Part shown: one piece after another, positions 38,100 through 50,573 of the stretch
Layout: every line of letters begins with the position of its first letter
How positions within the stretch are numbered: position 1 is the first letter of the stretch
NCBI GenBank assembly: GCA_043228905.1
Contig: JBHGNT010000004.1
Span: 1,426,001 to 1,490,000, forward strand
DNA: 64,000 nt
From: Azolla caroliniana
Lineage: Eukaryota > Plantae > Polypodiophyta
Direction of reading: 5' to 3'
Notes under the pieces: generated by a model
What the model saw: only the letters and a program-made list of their open reading frames with translations
Database searches by the model: none
Told to the model about the DNA's origin: nothing
Translations under genes and position numbers: made by a program

Positions 38100-40147
38100 A
38101 TGGCGCCCTCAAGCAACCAAGCAGGAGAGCTCGAAAGGATGATGCTAATTGTCGAGCAAATGATGAGATCTCGGGACAACGACGCGAGCGTGGAGAAGGC
38201 TGTCGATCGTGTCGTAGAGCTCGAGGGCCAATTCGATGGAAGGAACGTTACGAAGTTCCTTGATGCATATAAGAGGGAGATGAATCAAAGGGACGTGTCC
38301 GAGGCACGTCAAATTGCAAGCTTCAAGAGAGTTGTCGCCAACAACATCCAAAGACGCGTCATCGAGCTTCAAGAAGGAAAGACAACATGGTCCGAGTTTG
38401 AGAAAACGATACTAGCGGAGTTCGTGACTGAAGACTCAACGAGGATGACTCGACATGCCTTAATGAAGTGGATAGAGAAGAAGAATAAGAAGATGAGCGT
38501 CTCGAGGGTGTACGACGAATTCGACCAGATGTTTAGTCGTCTCCCCAATACGGATCAAGTATTGCTTGAAGAGGACAAGACTTTGTACTTCTTGAAGGCC
38601 GTGGACATAAAGGATAGACGGGAGTTGGGGACTCTTCTCGAAGATGATACCCAAGCAAATGGGCTCGTAGCGGACTGGATCGCGGTGAAGCGGGCATGCA
38701 ATAGGCTCGACAAGCGTCGCCAATGGGTTGATGACACTGACTTGACGGGACCGACTACCACGGAGAAAGCAAGACCACCGAAAGTAGCTGAGCCGCTGAG
38801 ACAAAGTAACGTGGAAGAAAAGAAGATTGATGACGACATTATTGAAGAGCTAGCGAAGAAGTTCGAGAAGGTCACGCTAGCCAACATGAATTGTCGGGGC
38901 CCTAAAGGAAAAGAACCCTTTAGATGCGTGTGGTGCGATAGCATGGACCACATGAGAAGGGATTGTGCGAGCCTTCGAGAAGCGATTCGACAAAATATCG
39001 TGTACATAGAGGACAACATGATCTGCTCAAGCGAGACTAGAAGACCCCTATGGGTGAATTTCGGAAGAGGAGGAATGAAGAGATCTATGGAGGATGCCGA
39101 TGCGACTCATGTGGATGCGATGCACTATGCTGCGTCGGCCGGAATAAGAGTCGGGAAAGACAAGACTGAAGCTGCTAGAGCGGGAGCAAAGTTTTGGACT
39201 TCCGTTCTTGAATATGAGAAGAAGGGAAAAATCACATCGAACGAGGTAGAGCTTGCGGACCGAAGCGTTCAAAGCATAACCGGGTGGTCGGATCCAGTGG
39301 ACGACAACACCATACTCGCAGAGGTGATGTGCGACAACCATGAGGTGTTCGTCGAAGAAAAGAGAAAGAGAATAGAAGAGCAAGGGCCATCAAAAAGACA
39401 TGAAACAAGGAACGCGAAAAAGAAGGACGATGCGGAGACGAGTCGACCTTTACAAACGGAGGAACGAGAGTCAAGCCGAAAAGGGGAGCCGAGCATACGA
39501 GTTGAAGAAACGGTTCGGCCCGTGAAGGTTGGTGTCGAAGACCCCGCTCGGAGGACAAGGACCATACCTACCTATAAGCTAAGGTCGGACATAGAGCAGA
39601 CGACGGACCTAAAGAAGATTCTCGAAGAACGAGTTCTTGATAGCCACGTAACTTTGTCCTTGAGGGAATTGCTTGGCATTACGAAGAAGGAGTTCCATGA
39701 CACGATAGTGGACCTTGTAAAGAGAAAGAGACAACAATCGGACGAGGAAGAAGAGAAGCCGCAGAAAGCAAAAACGAATGCCATAACGATGGCAAGAGAC
39801 GAAATCGATGAAGATATGGTGGACAGCCACTACACTCGACCTCATTGGGCACGAGCGACAACGGAGACGCCGGTGAAGATCGGGGAGAAGAAAGAGACCG
39901 TCGTAGCCTTGATCGACCACGGCTCGGAGATCAACCTCATGTCAACCGACTTCTACAAAAAGGGAAGATGGCCAATCAATACAAACCACGGATGGAAGAT
40001 TCGCGCGGCAACAAAGTCTACGGAGGACTTGTACGGAGCTTGTCCCAATGTCAAAGTCACGATCGGGGATGTGGAGATGGATCAACACTTCTTCGTACAA
40101 GAATCGGCATCGCATCCTGTCATCCTAGGGCAACCTTATATCACATC
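38100..40147 (+). CDS. Gypsy gag-aspartic protease ORF, interrupted at 40147; resumes 47964-48114
   Basis: CCHC knuckle CVWCDSMDHMRRDC, protease ALIDHGSEINLM, and ILGQPYITS / SRMETKV across the Copia insertion. Confidence 0.88.
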
Positions 40148-41142
40148 TGTCGAATACAAGTGTATAATGGACATATTCACACTATCCCTTTGTATAGATC
40201 AAGTTTGGGCCATTTGTGTAATTAGCATAAATGGTAGTTGCCCTAAGTCGGTCACTATATATATAGTGACCTTGTAACCTTTTTGTAAGGTTGGTTGTAT
40301 TATTGTTTCTATTGAATAGAAAGTCTTTTGTGCCTCTCTCTCTCTCTCTGTCTCTGTGCACGATCTTGCAAACTGTCATATGCAGGTTCTCAACACGAAT
40401 CGAATGCTATTTGATCTTCCGCATTGACGACCTCTGTCTTCAACATCTGGTATCAGAGCCTGCACAGTATTCGGTCCTTCATCCCGCTGTCGGCCGTCGT
40501 CTCAGCCTGCACAACATTCGGTTTCTTGCGTCATTCGAAGAAGAGAGAAGAAGAAGAAAAACGAGGCTTGCATCTCATCGCGTTAGATCATCTTCGCTTG
40601 GAGTAAGCCAGCAGGTTGTACTCTGTTCCTTGTGATCGTAACCGCTCGAGGTGAAATCCCCTTGTGCAACATTGACACGATCGTGCTCCATTCGGTTAAA
40701 CGGCATCCGAAGAGGTCATCAAACGCTGCTCGCCGCTCATTGTAACCACTCGGTGCAGATCGGTCTCAAGACAACAACCCCAATTCGTGCTTCATCCGGC
40801 TGATCGACATTCGGGAGGATCAGTTGGATCCGTCTCTCTCATCGCTGCAGTCACCCGAAGCAGAATCGGTCCAGACAATCGGTTTCAATAATCGGTATTT
40901 GGCATATATATTCGGAAGCGAACCGGGCTCACTCCGACTCGGCAACACTCGGGAAGACCAGTCGGTTCTGTCCCTCAAGTTACCGGAGTCAATTCGAGCA
41001 AGTTCAACAATACATATATCCGAAGCCGAACAGACTCGGGTCCAAATCCGACTAGAACGATATCGGGTGAGCCAACCGGCTGCACTCCAACAAGGTTCGC
41101 AGTCAACTCCGAACCGAGCTTCGTCAACCGAAACCAAATTTG

Positions 41143-43731
41143 ATGGCATCAACATCCGGCTCGTCAGAAATGAGTCTACGAAAGTTCGATGGATCAAACT
41201 TCAACTTCTGGAAGGAGCAAATGCAGGACTATCTCATAGTCAAGGGGCAAATCGATCCCATCGAAAATGAAGAACCTCCAGAAGGATACAAACCAATTGA
41301 GTGGCAGAAGCTGGACAGAATCGTCCACGCCACGATTCGTATGCACCTATCGGAATCGGTATACTTTACGGTGCAATCGTGTACGACAGCATTCGAATTG
41401 TGGAAAACACTGTCGGACACCTACGAAAAGAAGGTCGCTGCAACGAAGATGTTTCTGATCCGGCGCCTCTACAACCTGCGGATGAAGGAATCAGATTCGG
41501 TTCAAGCACATCTCAATGAGTACGAAAGCATAAGCTCCCAAATCTCATCTCAGGGGACGGCAATCAAGGATGAACTCAGAGCAATGATACTCATGAGCAG
41601 CCTTCCCTCATCATGGGAAACTTTCGTCACAACTGTGTGCAACGCGTCAACCACGGCTGTTAAATACTCTGAAGTCACGAGCGCAATCCTGACCGAAGCA
41701 GCTCGGAGAAAGTCTTTCGCCAAAGACTCAACAGATGACGCTTATGTAGTACAAGGTTCGATAGACGGATCGAACATACGAGGAAGAGATTCCTCACAGC
41801 AGCCGAACAATCAGCGAAGACGGAGCCAGTCACGGGATAATCGAATCTGCAACTATTGCAAGAAACCCGGACACATCAAAGCCGACTGCCGCGCACTCAA
41901 GAACAAGAACGACAAGTCTCAGAAATCAGACAAGAAGAGTGGCCGGCATGAGGAGATCAATTACGTCAGCTTCTCAGCTGATGTGCTACCAAACGACCTG
42001 AATATACTATCAATCGAAAATCCAGTCGGATCAGAAGTTCTGCTCACGACTGAAGAATCGAGCACATGGCTCTTAGATTCGGGCGCGTCATTTCACGTGA
42101 CTCCTCATCGATCCCAATTTCGGCAATATACGATACGTCACTCCGACTCAGTTCGAGTCGGAAACTCGCAACACTGTGACATCATTGGAATCGGCACAGT
42201 AGAGCTCAACCTTGCAGGTGGCTCTACACTTGTACTTCACAATGTCCGACATGTACCCGAGCTCTCAAGGCCATTGATCTCAGCAGACAACTAGATGAAG
42301 ACGGCATTCGTGCCGGTTTTTCTTCGGGAGGGTGGACACTCCACAGGGGGAACCTCCTGCTTGCTAGAGGACCCAAGATACACTCACTGTATCCGTTACA
42401 TGTTACGCTCAGAGAGGGTAACCTGTTTTTGGTGGATATTCCTGTGTCATCACTATGGCACAGAAGATTAGGACACTTCAGCAAGGCCGACATTACGCAC
42501 CTATCTAGAGCCGGATACATCCCTAAACTCTCCTTCTCAGACCATCAATTCTGCGAACATTGCCAGTATGGCAAACAAGCAGCCGCATCACACCCGACAT
42601 CAGCACCAAGAGAAACGAAACCTCTCGATTTAGTCCACTCGGACGTCTGTGGCCCAATGCCGCATCAGTCTCTCGGCGGTGCCTCTTACTTCGTCAGTTT
42701 TATTGACGATTTGACTCGAAAGGTGTGGGCTTATCCAATTCGCACCAAAGATCGTGTCTTCTCGATCTTCTCCGATTGGCTCGCTATGGTAGAAAATCAA
42801 ACTGACCGAAAACTGAAATGCTTTCGGACCGACAATGGGGGAGAGTTCAAATCAGAAGAATTCGTCAAATTCTGCCGACAACGCGGCATCCGACGTGAAT
42901 TTACGGCACCACACAGTCCGGAGCAAAACGGGATTGCAGAACGCATGAATCGGACAATCCAAGAACGGATAGTTTCCATGCTCCAACACTCCGGACTGTC
43001 GGATGGCTTCTGGGCAGAGGCTCTACTCACGGCAGTACACATAATCAATATGTCGCCAAGTAGACCTCTAGGACTTCAAATTCCTCAGGAACTATGGATC
43101 GGCAGTAAGCCGAATTACGACAAGCTGAGGATCTTCGGATGCGAGGCGTACGCCCTTATTCCGAAAGATGATCGCCGAAAACTTGCACCTCGGTCCAGGA
43201 AATGCATTTTCCTTGGATATGGATCAGACGGCGAAATGGGATACCGACTCTGGGACCCCGAACGCAGACAAATCGTTCGAAGTTCGGACGTTGTGTTCAA
43301 CGAGTCGGCTATGAATCCATCAGTCGAAAAACCGATCGAAGTCCGAAGGGTAACATTTTCCGATGTGCCGACCCTTCAAGAAGGCCCCGCTCTTAACACA
43401 CGGTCAGCTTCACAGGTAGCTGAACCTTACACCACCGACTCGGACAACTCTGACTCGGCACAGCAGAATAATTCGCTTTCGGACCATCCGACCTCGATAC
43501 CCGATGCGACCAGTCCAATCATACCTCGACGATCCGAGAGACTGTCGCAACCTCCGGAGAGGTATTCTCCTGGAATTTTCTTCACCGACGCCGGCGAACC
43601 GACGTCTTACGAAGAAGCATCGACTTCTGTCGATTCAGCCACCTGGCATCTGGCAATGGAGTCGGAAATGCACTCCATTCGGGCAAACAAGACTTGGGAT
43701 CTGGTCGAATTACCTAAGAATCGACGTGCTC
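41143..43731 (+). pseudogene. Copia A gag-protease-integrase, frameshifted near 42285 and interrupted at 43731
   Basis: CNYCKKPGHIKADC, WLLDSGASFH, LWHRRLGH..CEHC, VHSDVCGP, RTDNGGEF, QNGIAERMNRT; frame break at PLISADN*. Confidence 0.88.
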
Positions 43732-46037
43732 TGTCGAATACATGTGTATAATGGACGTATTCACACTATTCCGTTTTGGCCATTTATGAAATTATCATAA
43801 AGGGTAGTTGCCCTAAGTCGGTCACTATATATAGTGACCTTGTAACCTCTTTGTGAGGTTGGATGTTGTATTATTTGCTTTATGGAATAAAGACTCTTTT
43901 GTGCCTCTCTCTCTCTCTCTCTGTGCAACGACCTACCTTCTGTCATACGCAGGTACTCAGAACAGAACTGAATGCTCCTTGATCTTCCGCATTGACGACC
44001 TCGCTTTCAACATCTGGTATCAGAGCCTGCACAGTAGTCGGTCCTTCAATCCGCTGTCGGCCGTCGTCTCAGCATTCGGTTTCCTGCGTCATTCGAAGAA
44101 GAGAGAAGAAGAAGAAAAACAGGTTTGCATCTCATCGCGTTAGATCCTCTTGCTTGGAGTAAGCCTTCAGGTTGTACTCTGTTCCTTGTGATCGTAACCG
44201 CTCGAGGTGAAATCTCCTTGTGCAACATTGACGCGATCGTGCTCCACTCGGTTAAACAGCATCCGAAGAGGTAATCAAACGCCGCTCGTTGTAACCACTC
44301 GGTGCAGATCGGTCTTAAGACAACAGCCCCAAATTCGTGCTTCATCTGGCTGATCGACATTCGGGAGGATCAGTTGGATCCGTCTCTCTCGTCACTGCAG
44401 CCACCCGAAGCAGAATCGGTCCAAATAATCGGTTTCAATAATCGGTATTCGGCATATATATCCGAAGCGAACCGGGCTCACTCCGACTCGGCAACATTCG
44501 GGAAGACCAGTCGGTTCTGTCCCTCAAGCTACCGGAGTCAATTCGAGCAAGTTCCGAAGCCGAACCGACTCGGGTTCAAATCTGACTAGAACGATATCGG
44601 GTGAGCCAACCGGCTGCACTCCAACAAGGTTCGTAGTCAACTCCGAACCGAGCTTCGTCAACCGAAACCGAATTTGATGGCATCAACATCCTTGGCATGA
44701 AGATTAGTCGGCATCGCGATAAACGACATCTTTTTCTGTCTCAGACCGACTATATCCGACGTGTCTTAGAACGCTTCAACATGCAATCAGCCAAATCTGC
44801 TTCAACCCCGCTCCCTATGAATCTTCGGCTCTCTCAGCGAGACTGCCCGACATCCGGTCCGGAGGGGGAAGATATGAAGTCGGTACCGTATGCACCGGCA
44901 GTCGGCTCCCTTATGTACCTGATGGTCGCGACACGGCCTGATATTTCTCACGCCGTAGGAGTCGTCAGCAGATTTATGCACAATCCTGGCCGATCGCATT
45001 GGAACGCAGTCAAGCATGTGTTCAGATATCTGGCTGGCACAAAAGACCACGGCATTCTTTTCGGTCCGAACCGAACCTCAGGCGTAGTCGGTTACACCGA
45101 CTCGGATTTCGCCGGCTGTATAGACAGTCGGAAATCAACAACCGGATACTGCTTCAAATTCGGCAATGGAGCAATCTCGTGGAAGTCGAAACTTCAGGAG
45201 TGCACAGCGACCTCAACGACCGAAGCAGAATATGTAGCTGCGTCCGACGCAGCAAAAGAAGCTTTGTGGCTCGGTCGGCTGGCGCACACGTTTCGACAAG
45301 TCGAACATGACTCGGCTCCAGTTGTCTACAGCGACAGTCAAGGTGCTGTTGCCTTGTCGAAAAATCCGGTTCACCACAACGCCTCCAAGCATATCGACGT
45401 TCGATATCACTTCGTTCGGGACTGCGTCATTTCAGGGAAAATCGGTCTAGAGAAAATATCCACAACCGACAATGTCGCAGATGGAATGACCAAATGTCTT
45501 TCGGCAGACCGCTTTCGGTCTCTTCGGCATCAGATGGGCGTAACGACAAACCAGTCCGGTTAGAGCCGGACACAGAGCAGGATGGTTCCCGACAACCGAC
45601 GTCAGTTCCTTAATGATCGGCTTCAACTGTTCCGACCCGACCAGTTCGGTCTTCTGCCTTCGGACCCTGCCGACTTGAACAAAGCTGATATGTCCGAGAA
45701 CTTAAGTCTATACCTGTAATCTTAGATAACCCATGTATACGCCCATTACGGGGGAGTGTCGAATACATGTGTATAATGGACGTATTCACACTATTCCGTT
45801 TTGGCCATTTATGAAATTATCATAAAGGGTAGTTGCCCTAAGTCGGTCACTATATATAGTGACCTTGTAACCTCTTTGTGAGGTTGGATGTTGTATTATT
45901 TGCTTTATGGAATAAAGACTCTTTTGTGCCTCTCTCTCTCTCTCTCTGTGCAACGACCTACCTTCTGTCATACGCAGGTACTCAGAACAGAACTGAATGC
46001 TCCTTGATCTTCCGCATTGACGACCTCGCTTTCAACA
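43732..46037 (+). mobile_element. Copia element B: internally deleted 2.3-kb relative of A, inserted into A
   Basis: 281-bp LTRs 43732-44012 and 45757-46037 appear identical; TSD tgctc; PBS and PPT intact. The gag start (atggcatcaacatcc) is fused directly to the RT C-half and RNase H (44697-45563). Confidence 0.95.
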
Positions 46038-46042
46038 TGCTC

Positions 46043-47484
46043 TTCCTTGCAAGTGGGTTTATCGACTAAAAGAGACGTCTGATTCGACCACCCCAAAGTA
46101 CAAGGCCAGATTAGTTGCGAAGGGCTTCCGACAAGAATATGGCGTCGACTTCGACGAGATTTTTTCACCAGTGGTGAAAATGACAACCCTTCGTTTTCTA
46201 CTCGGCATAGTGGCAGCCGACAACTTGGAGCTGATTCAGCTAGATGTCAAAACAACCTTCCTCCATGGTGATCTTGAAGAGGAAATTTATATGGAACAGC
46301 CAAAAGGCTTCGTGGCAACTGGCCAAGCACATCTAGTCTGCCGACTCAGGAAGAGTCTATACGGCCTCAAACAGGCACCGCGACAATGGTACAAGAAGTT
46401 CGACGACTTCATCCAATCGATCGGCTTCTCAAAAAGCGATGAGGACCATTGTCTTTTTACCAACACAGCTCAAGATGGATCACCCATCTTCCTCATCATC
46501 TACGTGGACGACATGCTAATTTCTGGACGCCACGCGGGCGAACTTGCCGATCTCATTCGACAACTGCGGTTGAAGTTTGCCATGAAGGACCTCGGTCCGG
46601 CACGACACATACTCGGCATGAAGATTAGTCGGCATCGCGACAAACGACATCTTTTTTTGTCTCAGACCGACTATATCGGACGTGTCTTGGAACGCTTCAA
46701 CATGCAATCAGCCAAATCTGCTTCAACCCCGCTCCCCATGAATCTTCGGCTCTCTCAACGAGACTGCCCGACATCCGGTCCGGAGGGGGAAGATATGAAG
46801 TTGGTACCGTATGCACCGGCAGTCGGCTCCCTTATGTACCTGATGGTCGCGACACGGCCTGATATCTCTCATGCCGTAGGAGTCGTTAGCAGATTTATGC
46901 ACAATCCTGGCCGATCGCATTGGAACGCAGTCAAGCATGTGTTCAAATATCTGGCTGGCACAAAAGATCACGGCATTCTTTTCGGTCCGAACTCAACCTC
47001 AGGCGTAGTCGGTTACACCGACTCGGACTTCGCCGGCTGTATAGACAGTCGGAAATCAACAACCGGATACTGCTTCAAATTCGGCAATGGAGCAATTTCG
47101 TGGAAGTCGAAACTTCAGGAGTGCACAGCGACCTCAACGACCGAAGCAGAATATGTAGCTGCGTCCGACGCTGCAAAAGAAGCTTTGTGGCTCGGCCGGC
47201 TGGCGCACACGTTTCGACAAGTCGACCATGACTCGGCCCCAGTTGTCTATAGCGACAGTCAAGGTGCTGTTGCCTTGTCGAAAAATCCGGTTCACCACAA
47301 CGCCTCCAAACATATCGACGTTCGATATCACTTCGTTCGGGACTGCGTCATTTCAGGGAAAATCGGTCTAGAGAAAATATCCACAACCGACAATGTCGCA
47401 GATGGAATGACCAAGTGTCTTTCGGCAGACCGCTTTCGGTCCCTTCGGCATCAGATGGGCGTAACGACAAACCAGTCCGGTTAG
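46043..47484 (+). CDS. Copia A reverse transcriptase-RNase H (continuation after element B)
   Basis: LPCKWVYRLK..YKARLVAKGF, QLDVKTTFLHGDLEEEIYMEQP, YVDDML, YTDSDFAG, TEAEY, KHIDVRYHFVR. Confidence 0.92.
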
Positions 47485-48110
47485 AGCCGGACACAGCGCA
47501 GGATGGTTTCAGACAACCGACATCAGTTCCTTAATGATCGGCTTCAACTCTTCCGACCCGACCAGTCCGGTCTTCTGCCTTCGGACCCTGCCGACTCGAA
47601 CAAAACTGATATGTCCGAGAACCTAGGTTTATACCTGTAATCTTAGATAACCCATGTATACGCCCATTACGGGGGAGTGTCGAATACAAGTGTATAATGG
47701 ACATATTCACACTATCCCTTTGTATAGATCAAGTTTGGGCCATTTGTGTAATTAGCATAAATGGTAGTTGCCCTAAGTCGGTCACTATATATATAGTGAC
47801 CTTGTAACCTTTTTGTAAGGTTGGTTGTATTATTGTTTCTATTGAATAGAAAGTCTTTTGTGCCTCTCTCTCTCTCTCTGTCTCTGTGCACGATCTTGCA
47901 AACTGTCATACGCAGGTTCTCAACACGAATCGAATGTTATTTGATCTTCCGCATTGACGACCTATCTCGGATGGAGACCAAAGTGTTCGATAATGGAGCA
48001 GCCTTCGCACGAATAAAGAGTCTTGACAACCAAAGATCGGTCCAAATCCTAACAGTGCGAGCCAATCATGAAAGGAATCGAGATAGTCTCGGAGGCGAAT
48101 CCTCGGATTT

Positions 48111-50573
48111 TTAGAGCGGACTATTGAAGCATGGGGCACAAATAGTCCGAGCAATCACAAGACCCCACAAGAAAGAAGAGCGCGTGGATTGCAAGGAGAA
48201 GCAACATGTGTCACACCTAGTGGCGCATGTAAACTAGTACTACCCGACAAGAAGCACAAGCGCCGGATACAAGAATTCGAGAAGATGCTGAAAGAAGAGA
48301 ACATAATAGAAGAAGGGGAGTTCGTGACTCATATTATGGAAGAAGCCTCATTTAACGACACCATCGGCGAAATCGAGGACGTCGTGGACTTGAGCTATCT
48401 TCACAACCAATGCGTGATTTCGGTTAACTCTGTCAACATGTACGCTATCATCGATGAATACCGTCGTGGCATCTCGATGAAGGAAGCTGACATCAACACG
48501 AAATATAAAACGGTGGATAAGAAGATCAAGCCAGTTGCGGTTCCGCTACCGGAAGATAGCTGGCAAAAGATGAAGGAAGTCGCTAACGATCCAAGCTTAA
48601 GAGATCCGAAGAAGATAGGTCATGACTTCACCAAAGAGACGAAGGGGAAGCTACGAGTTGGAAAGGAGGATTTCCTTCTCCCTGAAGAGGAGCGAATGTT
48701 TCGCGATATGCTTGAGAGACATGGGAAGGCTTTCGCATTCTTCCCACGAGAAATCGGATGCGCCGACCCAAAGGTTATAGAGCCAATGGTGATCTTCACA
48801 GTGCCTCATGTGCCTTGGAATTTGAAACCGATACCGGTTCCGAGAGCACACCTTCCGAAGTTGATCGAGCTCTTAAAGGAGAAGGTGAGTATGGGAATTC
48901 TAGAATCGTCGAATGCTCCTTATTCCAATAGGTGGTTCACGGTGCCGAAGAAGAATGGATCATTGCGATTCATCCAAGATCTTCAACTCGTCAACAAGGT
49001 GACAATTCGAAATGCCGGAATCGGTCCGAGCGTGGACGAATTTGCCGAAGCGTTTGCGGGCCGGTCCATCTACTCCATTGGCGATCTCTACTCCGGATAT
49101 GACCAATTCCAGTTGGCGATCGACAGTCGGGACATTACAACCATGAGGACTCCGATCGGGCTTGTGCGGATGTGTACCTTACCCCAAGGCGCAACGAACT
49201 CGGTGGCTCATATGGTGAATACCATGAATAAAGTCTTGAAGGATTGCATTCCGGACATCACGATGCCATTCTTGGATGATATTCCGATAAAAGGATGTTC
49301 GGATGAGGAGAAAGATGAATCGAAAGATAAGGAAGGTTGTAGAAAGTTCGTTGCGGATCATATGAAAGATTGCGAGAAGGTGCTTCAAAGGCTCGAAGAT
49401 GCGAATTTGACATTTTCGGGAGAAAAATCCGCATTCGGGCAACCAGAGATCTTGGTGGTAGGTCACTTGTGTGGAGCATACGGCCGAAAGCCCTCGCTAT
49501 CCAAAGTGAACGCAATCCAAGACATGAAAGAAGAATGCGAAAACCAAACGGAGGTTCGAAGGTTCCTTAGAGCGTGCGCGTTTTATCATATATGGATTCC
49601 TCACTACGCTCATGTCGCCGAACCGTTATATGGACTACTAAAGAAAAGAATAAAGTTCGAATGGCGAGACGAGCACACAGAGGCGATGCGAAGATTAAAG
49701 AAACTGCTTCTTGAAGCTCCGGCACTAAGGAAGGCCGACTATGCCGAAGGGAAACCAATTTACGTGACCGTAGATACGAGCCCAACCGGAATCGGGTGGG
49801 TCATCAATCAAGAAGGTGAAGATAATGCGCGATATGCCGTCCGGTTCGGAGCAAAGGTTCTCAGCGAACGGCAACAAAGATATGCCCAAGTCAAGCGGGA
49901 ACTTTGGGGTATTGTGTCGGCAGTGAAGACGGACAAAGATTACCTGATCGGGTCAGAAGTGATAATAGAGACAGATTGTCTCCCAATTCTCGGAATGGTC
50001 TCGGGATGTGCGACCCCAGATCTTGCTATGCTAAGGTGGATCGCCTACATCAAGTCTTTAAACCCAGAGATCCGTCACATCGCAGGGAAGAAGAACGCCA
50101 TGGCTGACATGCTGTCGAGGGCAAGATTTTCAAATGGAAGTAACATGGTTTCGGAAGATGAAGATGTTGCCCTCGACTTCTTCAAGATGGCTCGATTGTC
50201 GGCGGAGGACCAGGACACGCAAACCCTCCACGCCTTCAACAAGAACGAGTACGAAGGAGAGTGGTTACTCATCGGTAGATTCCTAAGAACATTGACGACA
50301 GATGCTTCGTTGACAAAGGAGGAGGCCCTACGAATCCGAAAGAAAGCTTATCGATACTTCTTGAAGGGAGGATTCCTTTGGCGACATCCAAAAAGAAGGA
50401 CAGGAATACCACGTCGAGTGAGCAAGCTCAACCGGATCCGGATCAGCATTCGGAAGGATGAGCCGGATCGGTATCCGGATGGTATCTGGAAACAACCGCC
50501 CAGATCGGGGAGACGGTTCGAAGAGCCAGATTCGAGTGGGAACCGGAAGCCTAATAGTAGCCTAGACTACTAG
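48111..50573 (+). CDS. Gypsy pol (RT-RNase H), in the -1 frame relative to gag-PR; truncated at about 50420 before the integrase
   Basis: KYKTVDKKIKPV, PYSNRWFTVPKKNGSLRFIQDLQ, DLYSGYDQF, LPQGATNS, FLDD, VTVDTSPTGIG, NAMADMLSR. Confidence 0.92.
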   Translation, partial: LERTIEAWGTNSPSNHKTPQERRARGLQGEATCVTPSGACKLVLPDKKHKRRIQEFEKMLKEENIIEEGEFVTHIMEEASFNDTIGEIEDVVDLSYLHNQCVISVNSVNMYAIIDEYRRGISMKEADINTKYKTVDKKIKPVAVPLPEDSWQKMKEVANDPSLRDPKKIGHDFTKETKGKLRVGKEDFLLPEEERMFRDMLERHGKAFAFFPREIGCADPKVIEPMVIFTVPHVPWNLKPIPVPRAHLPKLIELLKEKVSMGILESSNAPYSNRWFTVPKKNGSLRFIQDLQLVNKVTIRNAGIGPSVDEFAEAFAGRSIYSIGDLYSGYDQFQLAIDSRDITTMRTPIGLVRMCTLPQGATNSVAHMVNTMNKVLKDCIPDITMPFLDDIPIKGCSDEEKDESKDKEGCRKFVADHMKDCEKVLQRLEDANLTFSGEKSAFGQPEILVVGHLCGAYGRKPSLSKVNAIQDMKEECENQTEVRRFLRACAFYHIWIPHYAHVAEPLYGLLKKRIKFEWRDEHTEAMRRLKKLLLEAPALRKADYAEGKPIYVTVDTSPTGIGWVINQEGEDNARYAVRFGAKVLSERQQRYAQVKRELWGIVSAVKTDKDYLIGSEVIIETDCLPILGMVSGCATPDLAMLRWIAYIKSLNPEIRHIAGKKNAMADMLSRARFSNGSNMVSEDEDVALDFFKMARLSAEDQDTQTLHAFNKNEYEGEWLLIGRFLRTLTTDASLTKEEALRIRKKAYRYFLKGGFLWRHPKRRTGIPRRVSKLNRIRISIRKDEPDRYPDGIWKQPPRSGRRFEEPDSSGNRKPNSSLDY

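Larger units (their letters stand above)
40148..47963 (+). mobile_element. Ty1/Copia element A nested in the Gypsy protease; LTRs 40148-40445 and 47678-47963 (3' LTR lacks its last 12 bp or so and the TSD)
   Basis: LTRs differ at about 2 positions by eye. PBS tggtatcagagc at 40448, PPT ttacgggggag, and gag-PR-INT-RT-RH domain order. Confidence 0.95.

Noticed and set aside
40148-47963. Four LTRs as a tandem array or assembly collapse
   Set aside because: The inner pair differs from the outer pair and has its own TSD (tgctc), with the RT frame continuing across it, so this is a true nested insertion.
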